This document shows positions 40,301 through 51,068 of a stretch of 64,000 nt of DNA, piece by piece (position 1 is the stretch's first letter; each line of letters begins with the position of its first letter). The DNA is from Yuukianura sp. NJ FZ-2021. Lineage: Eukaryota. Made by a program: the position numbers and the translations under genes. Location of the stretch: positions 9,920,001-9,984,000 of the forward strand of contig CM102283.1 of the NCBI GenBank assembly GCA_046563655.1. Reading direction: 5' to 3'. The notes below the pieces were generated by a model, which saw only the letters and a program-made list of their open reading frames with translations, did no database searches and had not been told where the DNA came from.

Positions 40301-43300
40301 TTTAAAGGAAAGGGACCTCAGTAATTTGTAGATTTAAAAAGAAAAATATTATCTAGTTTCTAACTTTAAAGGAAAGGGACCTCAGTAATTTGTAGATTTA
40401 AAAAGAAAAATATTATCTAGTTTCTAACTTTAAAGGAAAGGGACCTCAGTAATTTGTAGATTTAAAAAGAAAAATATTATCTAGTTTCTAACTTTAAAGG
40501 AAAGGGACCTCAGTAATTTGTAGATTTAAAAAGAAAAATATTATCTAGTTTCTAACTTTAAAGGAAAGGGACCTCAGTAATTTGTAGATTTAAAAAGAAA
40601 AATATTATCTAGTTTCTAACTTTAAAGGAAAGGGACCTCAGTAATTTGTAGATTTAAAAAGAAAAATATTATCTAGTTTCTAACTTTAAAGGAAAGGGAC
40701 CTCAGTAATTTGTAGATTTAAAAAGAAAAATATTATCTAGTTTCTAACTTTAAAGGAAAGGGACCTCAGTAATTTGTAGATTTAAAAAGAAAAATATTAT
40801 CTAGTTTCTAACTTTAAAGGAAAGGGACCTCAGTAATTTGTAGATTTAAAAAGAAAAATATTATCTAGTTTCTAACTTTAAAGGAAAGGGACCTCAGTAA
40901 TTTGTAGATTTAAAAAGAAAAATATTATCTAGTTTCTAACTTTAAAGGAAAGGGACCTCAGTAATTTGTAGATTTAAAAAGAAAAATATTATCTAGTTTC
41001 TAACTTTAAAGGAAAGGGACCTCAGTAATTTGTAGATTTAAAAAGAAAAATATTATCTAGTTTCTAACTTTAAAGGAAAGGGACCTCAGTAATTTGTAGA
41101 TTTAAAAAGAAAAATATTATCTAGTTTCTAACTTTAAAGGAAAGGGACCTCAGTAATTTGTAGATTTAAAAAGAAAAATATTATCTAGTTTCTAACTTTA
41201 AAGGAAAGGGACCTCAGTAATTTGTAGATTTAAAAAGAAAAATATTATCTAGTTTCTAACTTTAAAGGAAAGGGACCTCAGTAATTTGTAGATTTAAAAA
41301 GAAAAATATTATCTAGTTTCTAACTTTAAAGGAAAGGGACCTCAGTAATTTGTAGATTTAAAAAGAAAAATATTATCTAGTTTCTAACTTTAAAGGAAAG
41401 GGACCTCAGTAATTTGTAGATTTAAAAAGAAAAATATTATCTAGTTTCTAACTTTAAAGGAAAGGGACCTCAGTAATTTGTAGATTTAAAAAGAAAAATA
41501 TTATCTAGTTTCTAACTTTAAAGGAAAGGGACCTCAGTAATTTGTAGATTTAAAAAGAAAAATATTATCTAGTTTCTAACTTTAAAGGAAAGGGACCTCA
41601 GTAATTTGTAGATTTAAAAAGAAAAATATTATCTAGTTTCTAACTTTAAAGGAAAGGGACCTCAGTAATTTGTAGATTTAAAAAGAAAAATATTATCTAG
41701 TTTCTAACTTTAAAGGAAAGGGACCTCAGTAATTTGTAGATTTAAAAAGAAAAATATTATCTAGTTTCTAACTTTAAAGGAAAGGGACCTCAGTAATTTG
41801 TAGATTTAAAAAGAAAAATATTATCTAGTTTCTAACTTTAAAGGAAAGGGACCTCAGTAATTTGTAGATTTAAAAAGAAAAATATTATCTAGTTTCTAAC
41901 TTTAAAGGAAAGGGACCTCAGTAATTTGTAGATTTAAAAAGAAAAATATTATCTAGTTTCTAACTTTAAAGGAAAGGGACCTCAGTAATTTGTAGATTTA
42001 AAAAGAAAAATATTATCTAGTTTCTAACTTTAAAGGAAAGGGACCTCAGTAATTTGTAGATTTAAAAAGAAAAATATTATCTAGTTTCTAACTTTAAAGG
42101 AAAGGGACCTCAGTAATTTGTAGATTTAAAAAGAAAAATATTATCTAGTTTCTAACTTTAAAGGAAAGGGACCTCAGTAATTTGTAGATTTAAAAAGAAA
42201 AATATTATCTAGTTTCTAACTTTAAAGGAAAGGGACCTCAGTAATTTGTAGATTTAAAAAGAAAAATATTATCTAGTTTCTAACTTTAAAGGAAAGGGAC
42301 CTCAGTAATTTGTAGATTTAAAAAGAAAAATATTATCTAGTTTCTAACTTTAAAGGAAAGGGACCTCAGTAATTTGTAGATTTAAAAAGAAAAATATTAT
42401 CTAGTTTCTAACTTTAAAGGAAAGGGACCTCAGTAATTTGTAGATTTAAAAAGAAAAATATTATCTAGTTTCTAACTTTAAAGGAAAGGGACCTCAGTAA
42501 TTTGTAGATTTAAAAAGAAAAATATTATCTAGTTTCTAACTTTAAAGGAAAGGGACCTCAGTAATTTGTAGATTTAAAAAGAAAAATATTATCTAGTTTC
42601 TAACTTTAAAGGAAAGGGACCTCAGTAATTTGTAGATTTAAAAAGAAAAATATTATCTAGTTTCTAACTTTAAAGGAAAGGGACCTCAGTAATTTGTAGA
42701 TTTAAAAAGAAAAATATTATCTAGTTTCTAACTTTAAAGGAAAGGGACCTCAGTAATTTGTAGATTTAAAAAGAAAAATATTATCTAGTTTCTAACTTTA
42801 AAGGAAAGGGACCTCAGTAATTTGTAGATTTAAAAAGAAAAATATTATCTAGTTTCTAACTTTAAAGGAAAGGGACCTCAGTAATTTGTAGATTTAAAAA
42901 GAAAAATATTATCTAGTTTCTAACTTTAAAGGAAAGGGACCTCAGTAATTTGTAGATTTAAAAAGAAAAATATTATCTAGTTTCTAACTTTAAAGGAAAG
43001 GGACCTCAGTAATTTGTAGATTTAAAAAGAAAAATATTATCTAGTTTCTAACTTTAAAGGAAAGGGACCTCAGTAATTTGTAGATTTAAAAAGAAAAATA
43101 TTATCTAGTTTCTAACTTTAAAGGAAAGGGACCTCAGTAATTTGTAGATTTAAAAAGAAAAATATTATCTAGTTTCTAACTTTAAAGGAAAGGGACCTCA
43201 GTAATTTGTAGATTTAAAAAGAAAAATATTATCTAGTTTCTACTTTAAAGGAAAGGAACCTCAGTAATTTGTAGATTTTAGAAGAAAAATATTACCTATT

Positions 43301-43310
43301 TTATACTTTA
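37390..43310. repeat. 64-bp tandem satellite array, ~90 copies
   Basis: Unit AAAGGAAAGGGACCTCAGTAATTTGTAGATTTAAAAAGAAAAATATTATCTAGTTTCTAACTTT. The printed line pattern recurs every 960 bp (15 x 64). Copies look identical internally and are degenerate at both edges. Confidence 0.98.
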
Positions 43311-43539
43311 ACAGAGAATAATAAACTTTTTAAAAAATTTGTCTCTGAGTGAATTTGCACCTTAACAGAGAATAATAAACTTTTTAAAAAATTTGTCTCT
43401 GAATGTGAAAATACACCTTCAATGAAGGGGGCCTCGGTAATTAGTAGATTTTAGAAGAAAAATATTACCTATTTTATACTTTAACAGAGAATAATAAACT
43501 TTTTAAAAAATTTCTCTCTGAATGTAAATTTATACGTTT

Positions 43540-44520
43540 AAGGACTCGAAGCTTAGAACTAAAAATCTAATGGTTAAAAAGATAGAAAGTTGCGAAGGAT
43601 TTGAAGCTCAGAACCAAGAATTTAGTGGTTAAAAAGATAGAAAGTGGCGAAGGATTCGAAGCTTAGAATTAAGAATTTAATGGTTAAAAAGATAGAAAGT
43701 GGCGAAGGATTCGAAGCTTAGAATTAAGAATTTAATGGTTAAAAAGATAGAAAGTGGCGAAGGATTCGAAGCTTAGAACTACCAATTTAATGGTTAAAAA
43801 GATAGAAAGTTGCGAAGGATTCGAAGCTTAGAATTAAGAATTTAATGGTTAAAAAAATAGAAAGTGGCGAAGGATTCGAAGCTGAGAATTAAGAATTTAA
43901 TGGTTAAAAAGATAGAAAGTTGCGAAGGATTCGAAGCTTAGAATTAAGAATTTAATGGTTAAAAAGATAGAAAGTGGCGAAGGATTCGAAGCTTAGAATT
44001 AAGAATTTAATGGTTAAAAAGATAGAAAGTGGCGAAGGATTCGAAGCTCAGAACTACGAATTTAGTGGTTAAAAAGATAGAAAGTGGCGAAAGATTCAAA
44101 GCTTAGAACTAACAATTTAATGGTTAAAAAGATAGAAAGTTGCGACGGATTCGAAGCTTAGAATTAAGAATTTAATGGTTAAAAAGATAGAAAGTGGCGA
44201 AGGATTCGAAGCTTAGAATTAAGAATTTAATGGTTAAAAAGATACAAAGTGGCGAAGGATTCGAAGCTCAGAACTACGAATTTAGTGGTTAAAAAGATAG
44301 AAAGTGGCGAAAGATTCAAAGCTTAGAACTAACAATATAATGGTTAAAAAGATAGAAAGTGGCGAAGGATTCGAGGCTTAGAATTAAGAATTTAATGGTT
44401 AAAAAAATAGAAAGTGGAGAAAGATTGAAGCTTAAAAGTAAGGATTAAATATTTGAAAAGACCAAAAGTTGTGAATGATTCAAAGCCTAGAAATAAGGAT
44501 TTAAATATTTGAAAGCATAG
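43540..44520. repeat. 55-bp tandem minisatellite, ~17 copies
   Basis: Unit AAGGATTCGAAGCTTAGAATTAAGAATTTAATGGTTAAAAAGATAGAAAGTGGCG recurring at 43650, 43705, 43760, 43815 and so on, with point variants; it decays after ~44430. Confidence 0.96.
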
Positions 44521-44762
44521 AACTTTTAAAATCCCCCACTAAAAATACAAAAAGCAACGTTTGAGAAATAATTTAAAATTTAAAAAAAGTTTTCCTAGAG
44601 AAAAGTTGTTCTTAAAAGAACTTTTTAAATCCCCCACTAAAAATTCAAAAAGCAACGTTTGAGAAGTATAATTTGAACATTTAAAAGAAAAAAAAAGTTT
44701 TTCTAAAGAAAAGTTGTTTATAAAAGAACTTTTTAAATCCCCCTAAAAATTCAAAAAGCAAA
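44519..44762. repeat. ~100-bp tandem repeat, ~2.3 copies
   Basis: GAACTTTT(T)AAATCCCCC..TAAAAAT(A/T)CAAAAAGCAA recurs at ~44520, ~44618 and ~44726. Confidence 0.8.
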
Positions 44763-46039
44763 CCGTTTCTGATATTTGGTCATTTCTAAGCTATTACCCC
44801 TCCCAAATACTACTCCCGACTAGTCCCTACGGCTGAGCTAAAAATAGTGAGGCAGAGTCCCCCATAGCCACACTACTCCTTCTAAACAAAAACAAAAGTA
44901 CATAACTTCCGTTGAACTTTAAAATACTTAGGCAAAAATATAAGTCTTTTAGCATCTTGCCACTTATCTAAAACCACAACAAAAATAACGTCGGATCAGA
45001 ATCATAAAATAACTTTGGAATTGAGATGCTGTGGAATTCGTGGGTTGTTTTGAGAAGAATCTCTTAGCTAAAGATCTTTGAAGCGTACGTTAGGTAAATG
45101 AAGCCAGTGCCACCCAGCACTGGAACTGAATTGAGTCTAAGAAATGAAGATGGAATATAAACACTGATGGATACAAAGATGGCAAATGTTGGGCCATTTA
45201 TCTTCCTAGTTATCTCAATTCCATTTTTAGCACCTCATGTAAAGATTGAACCCCGGTAAAGTCCCTCCCTTCCGAATTTACGTTTGTTCAAGTGACCTGA
45301 CCTTTGAACTACGTTTGACCTCAACGGTTCTCACTATGACCAATTGAAGCCCAAACAAATGACTAAATGCCAACTAGGAGTAATGAAAAAGAGTGTTCCT
45401 TACCTTGTTATCAAAATGTGGAAAGTGGAATGTGAAAAGTGCTTCGCGTCCTACCTTCCAAGTACTTGAGCAACGATTGAAGTAGTAGAAATGGAGAGGT
45501 GGGAATGCTTCGTTGCCAAAGTTTGCACAAGAGGAACGACGACTGAAATGGAGAATTGAGATGCAGGATCAAAAGATTTGGAAGAGGTGATGCCGATTTG
45601 GAAGGTGATGATGTGGGTGTCCATTTTTAGAAAACCCCATTCCCAAGTCCCAACTAAAACAAAGCAACAAACATTGACCGTTAGACCTTATGACTTTTGG
45701 TTCCTTTAGTTGTTAGTTGTTGTTACCTGTAGTTGACACTTTGTATGGTCATGAGATTATGACTAACAACTACTAACTAACAACAATGGTTAATCGATGA
45801 ACGTTAATTAAACTTCAATTAAAGTAACGGACACTTTTACTTGCGGGAGAGGATACAGCTGAAGACAGAGCAACAAAAGTGACGACGAAGAGGAGACGAA
45901 TGCGGCAAGAAGGAGGGAGAAAATTCAAATGAAGGAGACGCCGGTTGCACTAAAAGCCCCACACAATACCCGTCACCCACCCTCTGCAGCGCCATCTCTC
46001 CAACACAACAACCCTTCCTCTCCTGGTCCAAGACAGAGA

Positions 46040-47297
46040 CGTGAGTGAAGGAGAGGAATAAATTGTGTGAACTTCCCTTTTATATGAAGCTGGAAGGAGT
46101 AGGATTCCTTTGGATTTTACTCTTTTGGAGTTGGATGGTGGGGGAGGGAGTGGGTGGCAATGGAAAAAATGCATGCAGGGACCACCCCAACTCCAAACCC
46201 CCAACATCTTCTTTTCACAAATTCAAAATACAATGTTTTCATAGTATGTGATGAACCTATTCTTTGAATCATTGGATTGGCAATTCAATCCATTAATTAA
46301 CTAAAAATAAGAGTTAATTAGAAATGACAATTAAAAATAGATGAAGAAGAAACAGATCCTGTTTGTTCACATAAGGAAACTATTATGTCTCCTCTTCCTT
46401 CATCTCTCGAGTGAGACCACAAAGTGAATGAAAAGAAATTGCTGAGCTTCCCTTTTATAGGAAGACGAAAGGAGTAGAACGAAGGAGTGTTTTACTCTTT
46501 TGGAGTTGGATGTTGGGGGAGGGAGTGGGTGGCAATGGAAAAAATGCATGCAGGGACCATCCCAACTCCAAACCCCCCAAAAACAAACATTTTCGAGTGA
46601 AAAAAACGGAGAAAGTTCCGCAGAACCAGCAGAATCTATTGGAGTTGACTCTCGTTCAATTTTATTTTGATTTTTGGAGACTTAAACACATCTTCTCCAT
46701 GCACTTTCGCTTGCTAAATCCAAATAAAAGTTCTATAAAGCTTTTCAATTTCAGGTTTTCTAAATTCTTTCTCCAAACTTTCTTTGTGCTTTCTTATGAA
46801 AGTTAAAAAATGAATTTTTCATCTTATTTAACCAAAAACAGAGCTAAAAATGGCAATTAATGAGGAAATTGATGTTTTTTTCTTGTAAAGAAACAGAAAC
46901 GACAGTTAAAACAACTTTCTTGTGTAAAAAGCCAGTTGCGATGACTTTCGACCATCATCGCGTCAGAAAAAGTTGAATTTTTTGAGTGTGAAAAGCACAG
47001 AAAGTTGCTGAGAACAGGGAGAGACTGTGTGAGTTGACTCCGCTTTATTCTCAGTTTCACTTTCGTCCACTCTCAATTCTCAAAACACAAATTCTCCATA
47101 CATTTTCTCTTGTTCAAACAAAATCAAGGGGCAAAAGCTTTCCAATTTCACTTTCTTTGCATTATTTTCACCAACTGTCTTCCTAGTTTTAGTTTCTGTT
47201 TGAAAATTCACTTTAATCAAAATCTAAGCGTGTAAAATGGAAGTTATGTTAAAAGAAGTGTTTCTTGTGATGAATAAAGATGGACTACACTAATGAA

Positions 47298-47337
<40 letters not shown>

Positions 47338-47712
47338 CTAGTTTTTTTATTAGTTTTTCATTTATTTATCGAATTTTTTCACAGTCACCTGCCTAATGAA
47401 AGTTGTTTCATTCTGATCAACCGCCATTTTCAGTACCAAATTAACCGTTAAAGGGTTCGTAATTTGCACAACTTTCCAATTGGCGAAATAACTTTCTCCT
47501 TGAATGCGTTTTTGGTCCTCATAAGAAGACAAGACGCCTTCCGAGCAACAAAGGCGCCAACTACTCAATTTAAAATTAAACTAAAATAAACAGTCCAACA
47601 AACAGTTTTTCTGTGCACCCGTCATAACTTCACATATGGGCATCTTTAAAAAATACAAACGAAAGACAATCTAGAAAACTGCGAAGAATCCACTCAAACT
47701 TAATTAGTTTTA
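46040..47712 (+). mobile_element. Dispersed non-coding repeat, left copy (probable non-autonomous element)
   Basis: 46312-47712 is the reverse complement of 64000-62682 at high identity. 46040-46205 is internally duplicated at 46420-46580. No transposase ORF is seen, and the left boundary is uncertain. Confidence 0.7.
47290..47404 (-). mobile_element. Short poly(A)-tailed retroposed insertion with 12-bp target-site duplication
   Basis: CTAATGAAAGTT at 47290-47301 and 47393-47404 flanks a 36-nt T run (47300-47335) plus ~57 nt of unique sequence. The insertion is absent from the inverted copy near 63010-63025. Confidence 0.8.
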
Positions 47713-47970
47713 GTAAAACGTAATGGTTCTGTGATGATCGTAAGTGAAACAAATTAAAATTTTATTTCCCAATCCTGAGGAGTTGAACAAAACAACGAAA
47801 ACCGCTTAAAAGGATAATCCATTTTGATTGAAATACTTTGCAATTTAAGAATGAAAACGAAAAGGATAGTGGTCTAAGTGTGAAATTCGTTGGGCAAGTG
47901 CTGTTTCAAATTTAACTTTTTGTTTTGAAAAATTGGAATTGTGTTTGATTCAAAGGCAGCGTTGTTTGAA

Positions 47971-48951
47971 TCATTTGGCTTGTTGAAGGAGAACCACGGC
48001 GTTTGCCAAGTTGGCGTCTTCCAACGTTGCTGTCTCATCTTCAATGACCTTGCTTGGATGACCAGCGAAAAGGCGAAACGGCACTTCAGCCAGCGATGGC
48101 CGAGCAATGGTGATGTACTGGCGGAGTTGTTCCACAGTCACCGTGTTGTTCAACACCACAGACATCCTGTTAATAAACAACATGTCACTAATTTCACTGT
48201 TTCTTCCGTTGGTTAAAAAAGACATTCTTACTTCTTTCCATCCAAAAGGCGAACTTGCATTTTGCAAGTTGGTTTCTTGTCATCCACTCGGAAGATCTCT
48301 TTCGCTTGGTCCTCGCATTTTGCATTCAAAGCCTCATCTTCGCTCCCAACAGAAGTGGCTGAAGAGCCGCCAGTGACACTGTTGACCAAGTTTCCAATCC
48401 AAGCACCAAGTCCCTGGGAAGTAGACGATGCAGAGGTCGTAGTAGACTCGCTCCCAGTTGCGCTGTTCAAAGTGTAGCCACTTCCACTGAACGTATCAGC
48501 TGAACCGTGCTTCACAATGGTTGCCTCCAGTGAAGCCACGTCTGCCCCCGAGAATCGGTGCACTTCATTCGAATTCTTCACGAACACAAACGTCTAAAAG
48601 AAATAAACATGAGTTCCAATTAATACTTGAAATGTTTAGTTTTGGACAATTACTGGCATGCTGCGAATGTTGTAATCCTGAGCCACATCAGAACAATCGT
48701 CCACATCCACTTTGAAGAATTTCGTCCCTGTGTACTTTTGACTCAGGCGGTCGAATTCCGGGGAGATGAATTTGCATGGACCACACCTTGAATAAATGAG
48801 ATGTAAAGTGGGGAAAACATCAATGCAATTTAATTTGTCTTTTTCCAATTAATTACCACTGGGCCGTGAAATCCAGAACGGACAGTTTGCTTCCAGCCGC
48901 TCCAAGTTCCGATTCCAGATGATCAGCATCACGAATTACAGTGACAGTCAT
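47971..48951 (-). CDS. Thioredoxin (WCGPC) - SHP box - UBX domain fusion protein, ~261 aa
   Basis: Four phase-compatible exons: 48951-48857, 48786-48654, 48593-48232, 48166-47971. Trx domain MTVTVI...VLDFTAQWCGPCK...KVDVD...MPTF...FSGAD; SHP-like FSGSGYTL; C-terminal VDDKKPTCKMQVRLLDGKK...ARP...HPSKVIEDETATLEDANLANAVV, resembling the p47/NSFL1C UBX domain. Confidence 0.88.
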
Positions 48952-49462
48952 ATTGATATCTTCTCCTCTATCAAGTAAATATGAACAGCGATTAAACGAT
49001 GAATCCAAACAATAGTCTTATTCTCTTATTAGCGTAATTCACCTGTCTTTGATGATCACTTAAGCACGACTTCGAGATGAATTTAGGAAGCCGAATGGAT
49101 AGAAAGGGCGCAATTAGTCACACCACCTTACACTCCAATTCTCGACTGATCTCAAGATGAAATGAGGAATTTGTCTTTTTAATACTCTCGCAAAGTCATC
49201 ATCATGTGTCCTCATTTATCTCTAAAAAAAAGCCGCTATCTCTTTACATGCTTTTTATAGCGCATCTTCACCTTATGACGTAACATCTGATTGTTTAGCT
49301 TTTTAAATTTGGCGCTCTAAAATGTTTCAGCATGCCCCAAAGTAAGGACCATCGTTGAGAGCACTAATTAGCAAGAACGATTAATCTAGTATTTCGTTTT
49401 GCGAAAAAGAGATAATGAATTTGGAGAAATGGTGTTGAGAAGTTTGTGCTTGTCGGTTAGCT

Positions 49463-50660
49463 CTAAGTCCCTCCTTCCGGAAGAACTTCTTCGATGATGA
49501 GAGAACCGTCAGGGCGACGTGCTACTTTGAGATTATCCACAGCCACACCCTCCGGAATTTCGATGATTTCTGTCACTTTGCGAGCGTGGTTCGTGCTGTC
49601 CTTTGGACGATAAGCCACAACCTACAAAAAGAATGATAAAGTACTTCAGTTTGAAAAAGTAGAAACTAAGTCGTACGATGACACGGCGTCCGTCCAGGTC
49701 CAGTGAAATGTTGTCGTTGGAGAAACCCTGGAGGTCAACAGTCGTTTGATAAGGAACTTTCTGTGGTGGCTGGATCACAACTCCTTTGGTGGAGGGAGGT
49801 GCAGTGGAACGGACTCGCTTTCCAGTTGCTTTGGATCCAATCATCTTCGGCTTCTTCTTCCCTTGGATGTTGTGATTTGCGCCATTTGATCGCGACACTC
49901 CAGGAACGTCTCTGAGGCCTCTAAGTAATCACAACAAAATATTTACATGAGCCTCTTTCCAAAAATGAACAATTTCCTTACTTTGATTGAATCTCATCTG
50001 CAACTCGCGCCAAAACCAGCTCCAGCGATTTGGAATAGTCAGAAACTATGTCTTTCTGGGAAACGGCATTTTGATTCAGCGCTGAAGCTTTGGTCTGAAC
50101 CACTTCTTTCGGTTTCTCCACTGCTGGGACGACGGGTATCGGCTGTGTTTGTTGGACTTGGGTCGGAACGTGCGTTACATCAACAGAGGCAGTGAGTGGA
50201 GGAACTGAAACTGCAGATACTTCGGCCTTGGCTGAAACGTCGGATTGACACTCCTTACGACGTCGGGAAGTTTTATCACACAGACGCCCAACATGCTCTC
50301 TCATCTTGTCCGAATTGAGACTCAAAGCAGCCTTCCGAGCACTGTCGCTACCTATACAACAAAAATAACAAAGTTATAATACACTAAATAATTAAAAGGA
50401 ATACTTTTGGAAAAGAATGAACTGTTGGGAGTACCTTGGAGGGCTTTCATGTCAGCGACGACCATTCCGACTGCAATGTTGATCCTTCCAGCACGATCTT
50501 TCTCCTCCACGTTCAGAACAGACTGAGTTTCTGAGTTCATGACGATGAGACCAGGGCCACTGTCCTTCTTTTCCATTTCTGCTCGGATTTCCTTGATGGA
50601 CTTCTTCCGCGGGGGCTTCCCTTTGGATTTGGTGGGATTCGAGTGATGTGGAGGCGACAT
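49463..50660 (-). CDS. ~332 aa protein with a divergent C-terminal alpha-crystallin (HSP20-like) domain
   Basis: Exons 50660-50435, 50351-49982, 49920-49677, 49621-49463 splice in phase. The C-terminus YQTTVDLQGFSNDNISLDLDGRRVIVVA...KVTEIIEIPEGVAVDNLKVARRPDGSLIIE follows the ACD pattern. The start codon is less certain. Confidence 0.68.
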
Positions 50661-51068
50661 TCTTCCGAAGTGTCAACAAAAAAATGTTGCCCAACCTTAC
50701 GAAACGTAACTTCTATCTCAAGATACAGATGAAAAGGAAAGACAAAAGAAGATAGAAAGTTGTTGACTGAAACAAAAATGCTGTTATTTGGTTCCTCCGG
50801 GAGAACAAAACACAAATTAGGAATTGGGGATTCTGTTCCTAATAAAACCTTCATAAATAATTAGAACGTACAACTAATTAATGTGAATACTTTGAATGGG
50901 ATACCCTAATAAGGAGTACCTTAAGTGACATTCTGAGGGAGTATTTTTAACAATGTGAAAAAGTATCACTAAAACACAACACTCAGTTAACAATTGTAAA
51001 TTAGAAAGAGAAGGAAATGAATTGGAAAAGAAGATTTTGACTAAAAGTTGAAGTTTGGCGGTTAGTTA

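Noticed and set aside
37390-44520. CRISPR array interpretation of the tandem repeats
   Set aside because: Units are contiguous with no unique spacers, there are no cas genes, and the context is intron-containing eukaryotic DNA.
45066-45624. Possible two-exon ~80-aa minus-strand ORF (MDTHIITFQ.../LNSVPVLGG...)
   Set aside because: It can be spliced in phase, but the donor is weak and it has no recognisable homology. Not supportable without transcripts.
45929-46046. Short plus-strand ATG ORF ending at a GTGAGT donor-like site
   Set aside because: About 39 codons, runs into the repeat, and no downstream exon was found.
47362-47568. ORF MSSWRLCCSEGV... repeated at 62847-63068
   Set aside because: TTG start, lies inside the dispersed repeat, and the C-termini differ because of the retro-insertion. 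Similarity reflects the repeat, not a gene.
46290-47712. Terminal inverted repeats or TSD for the single left repeat copy
   Set aside because: Only low-complexity TAATTA similarity at the ends. The element class cannot be assigned from this window.
47950-47973. Selenocysteine/readthrough at the Trx-UBX TGA stop
   Set aside because: The UBX domain is complete at the stop, another TGA follows six codons later, and no SECIS-like structure was recognised.
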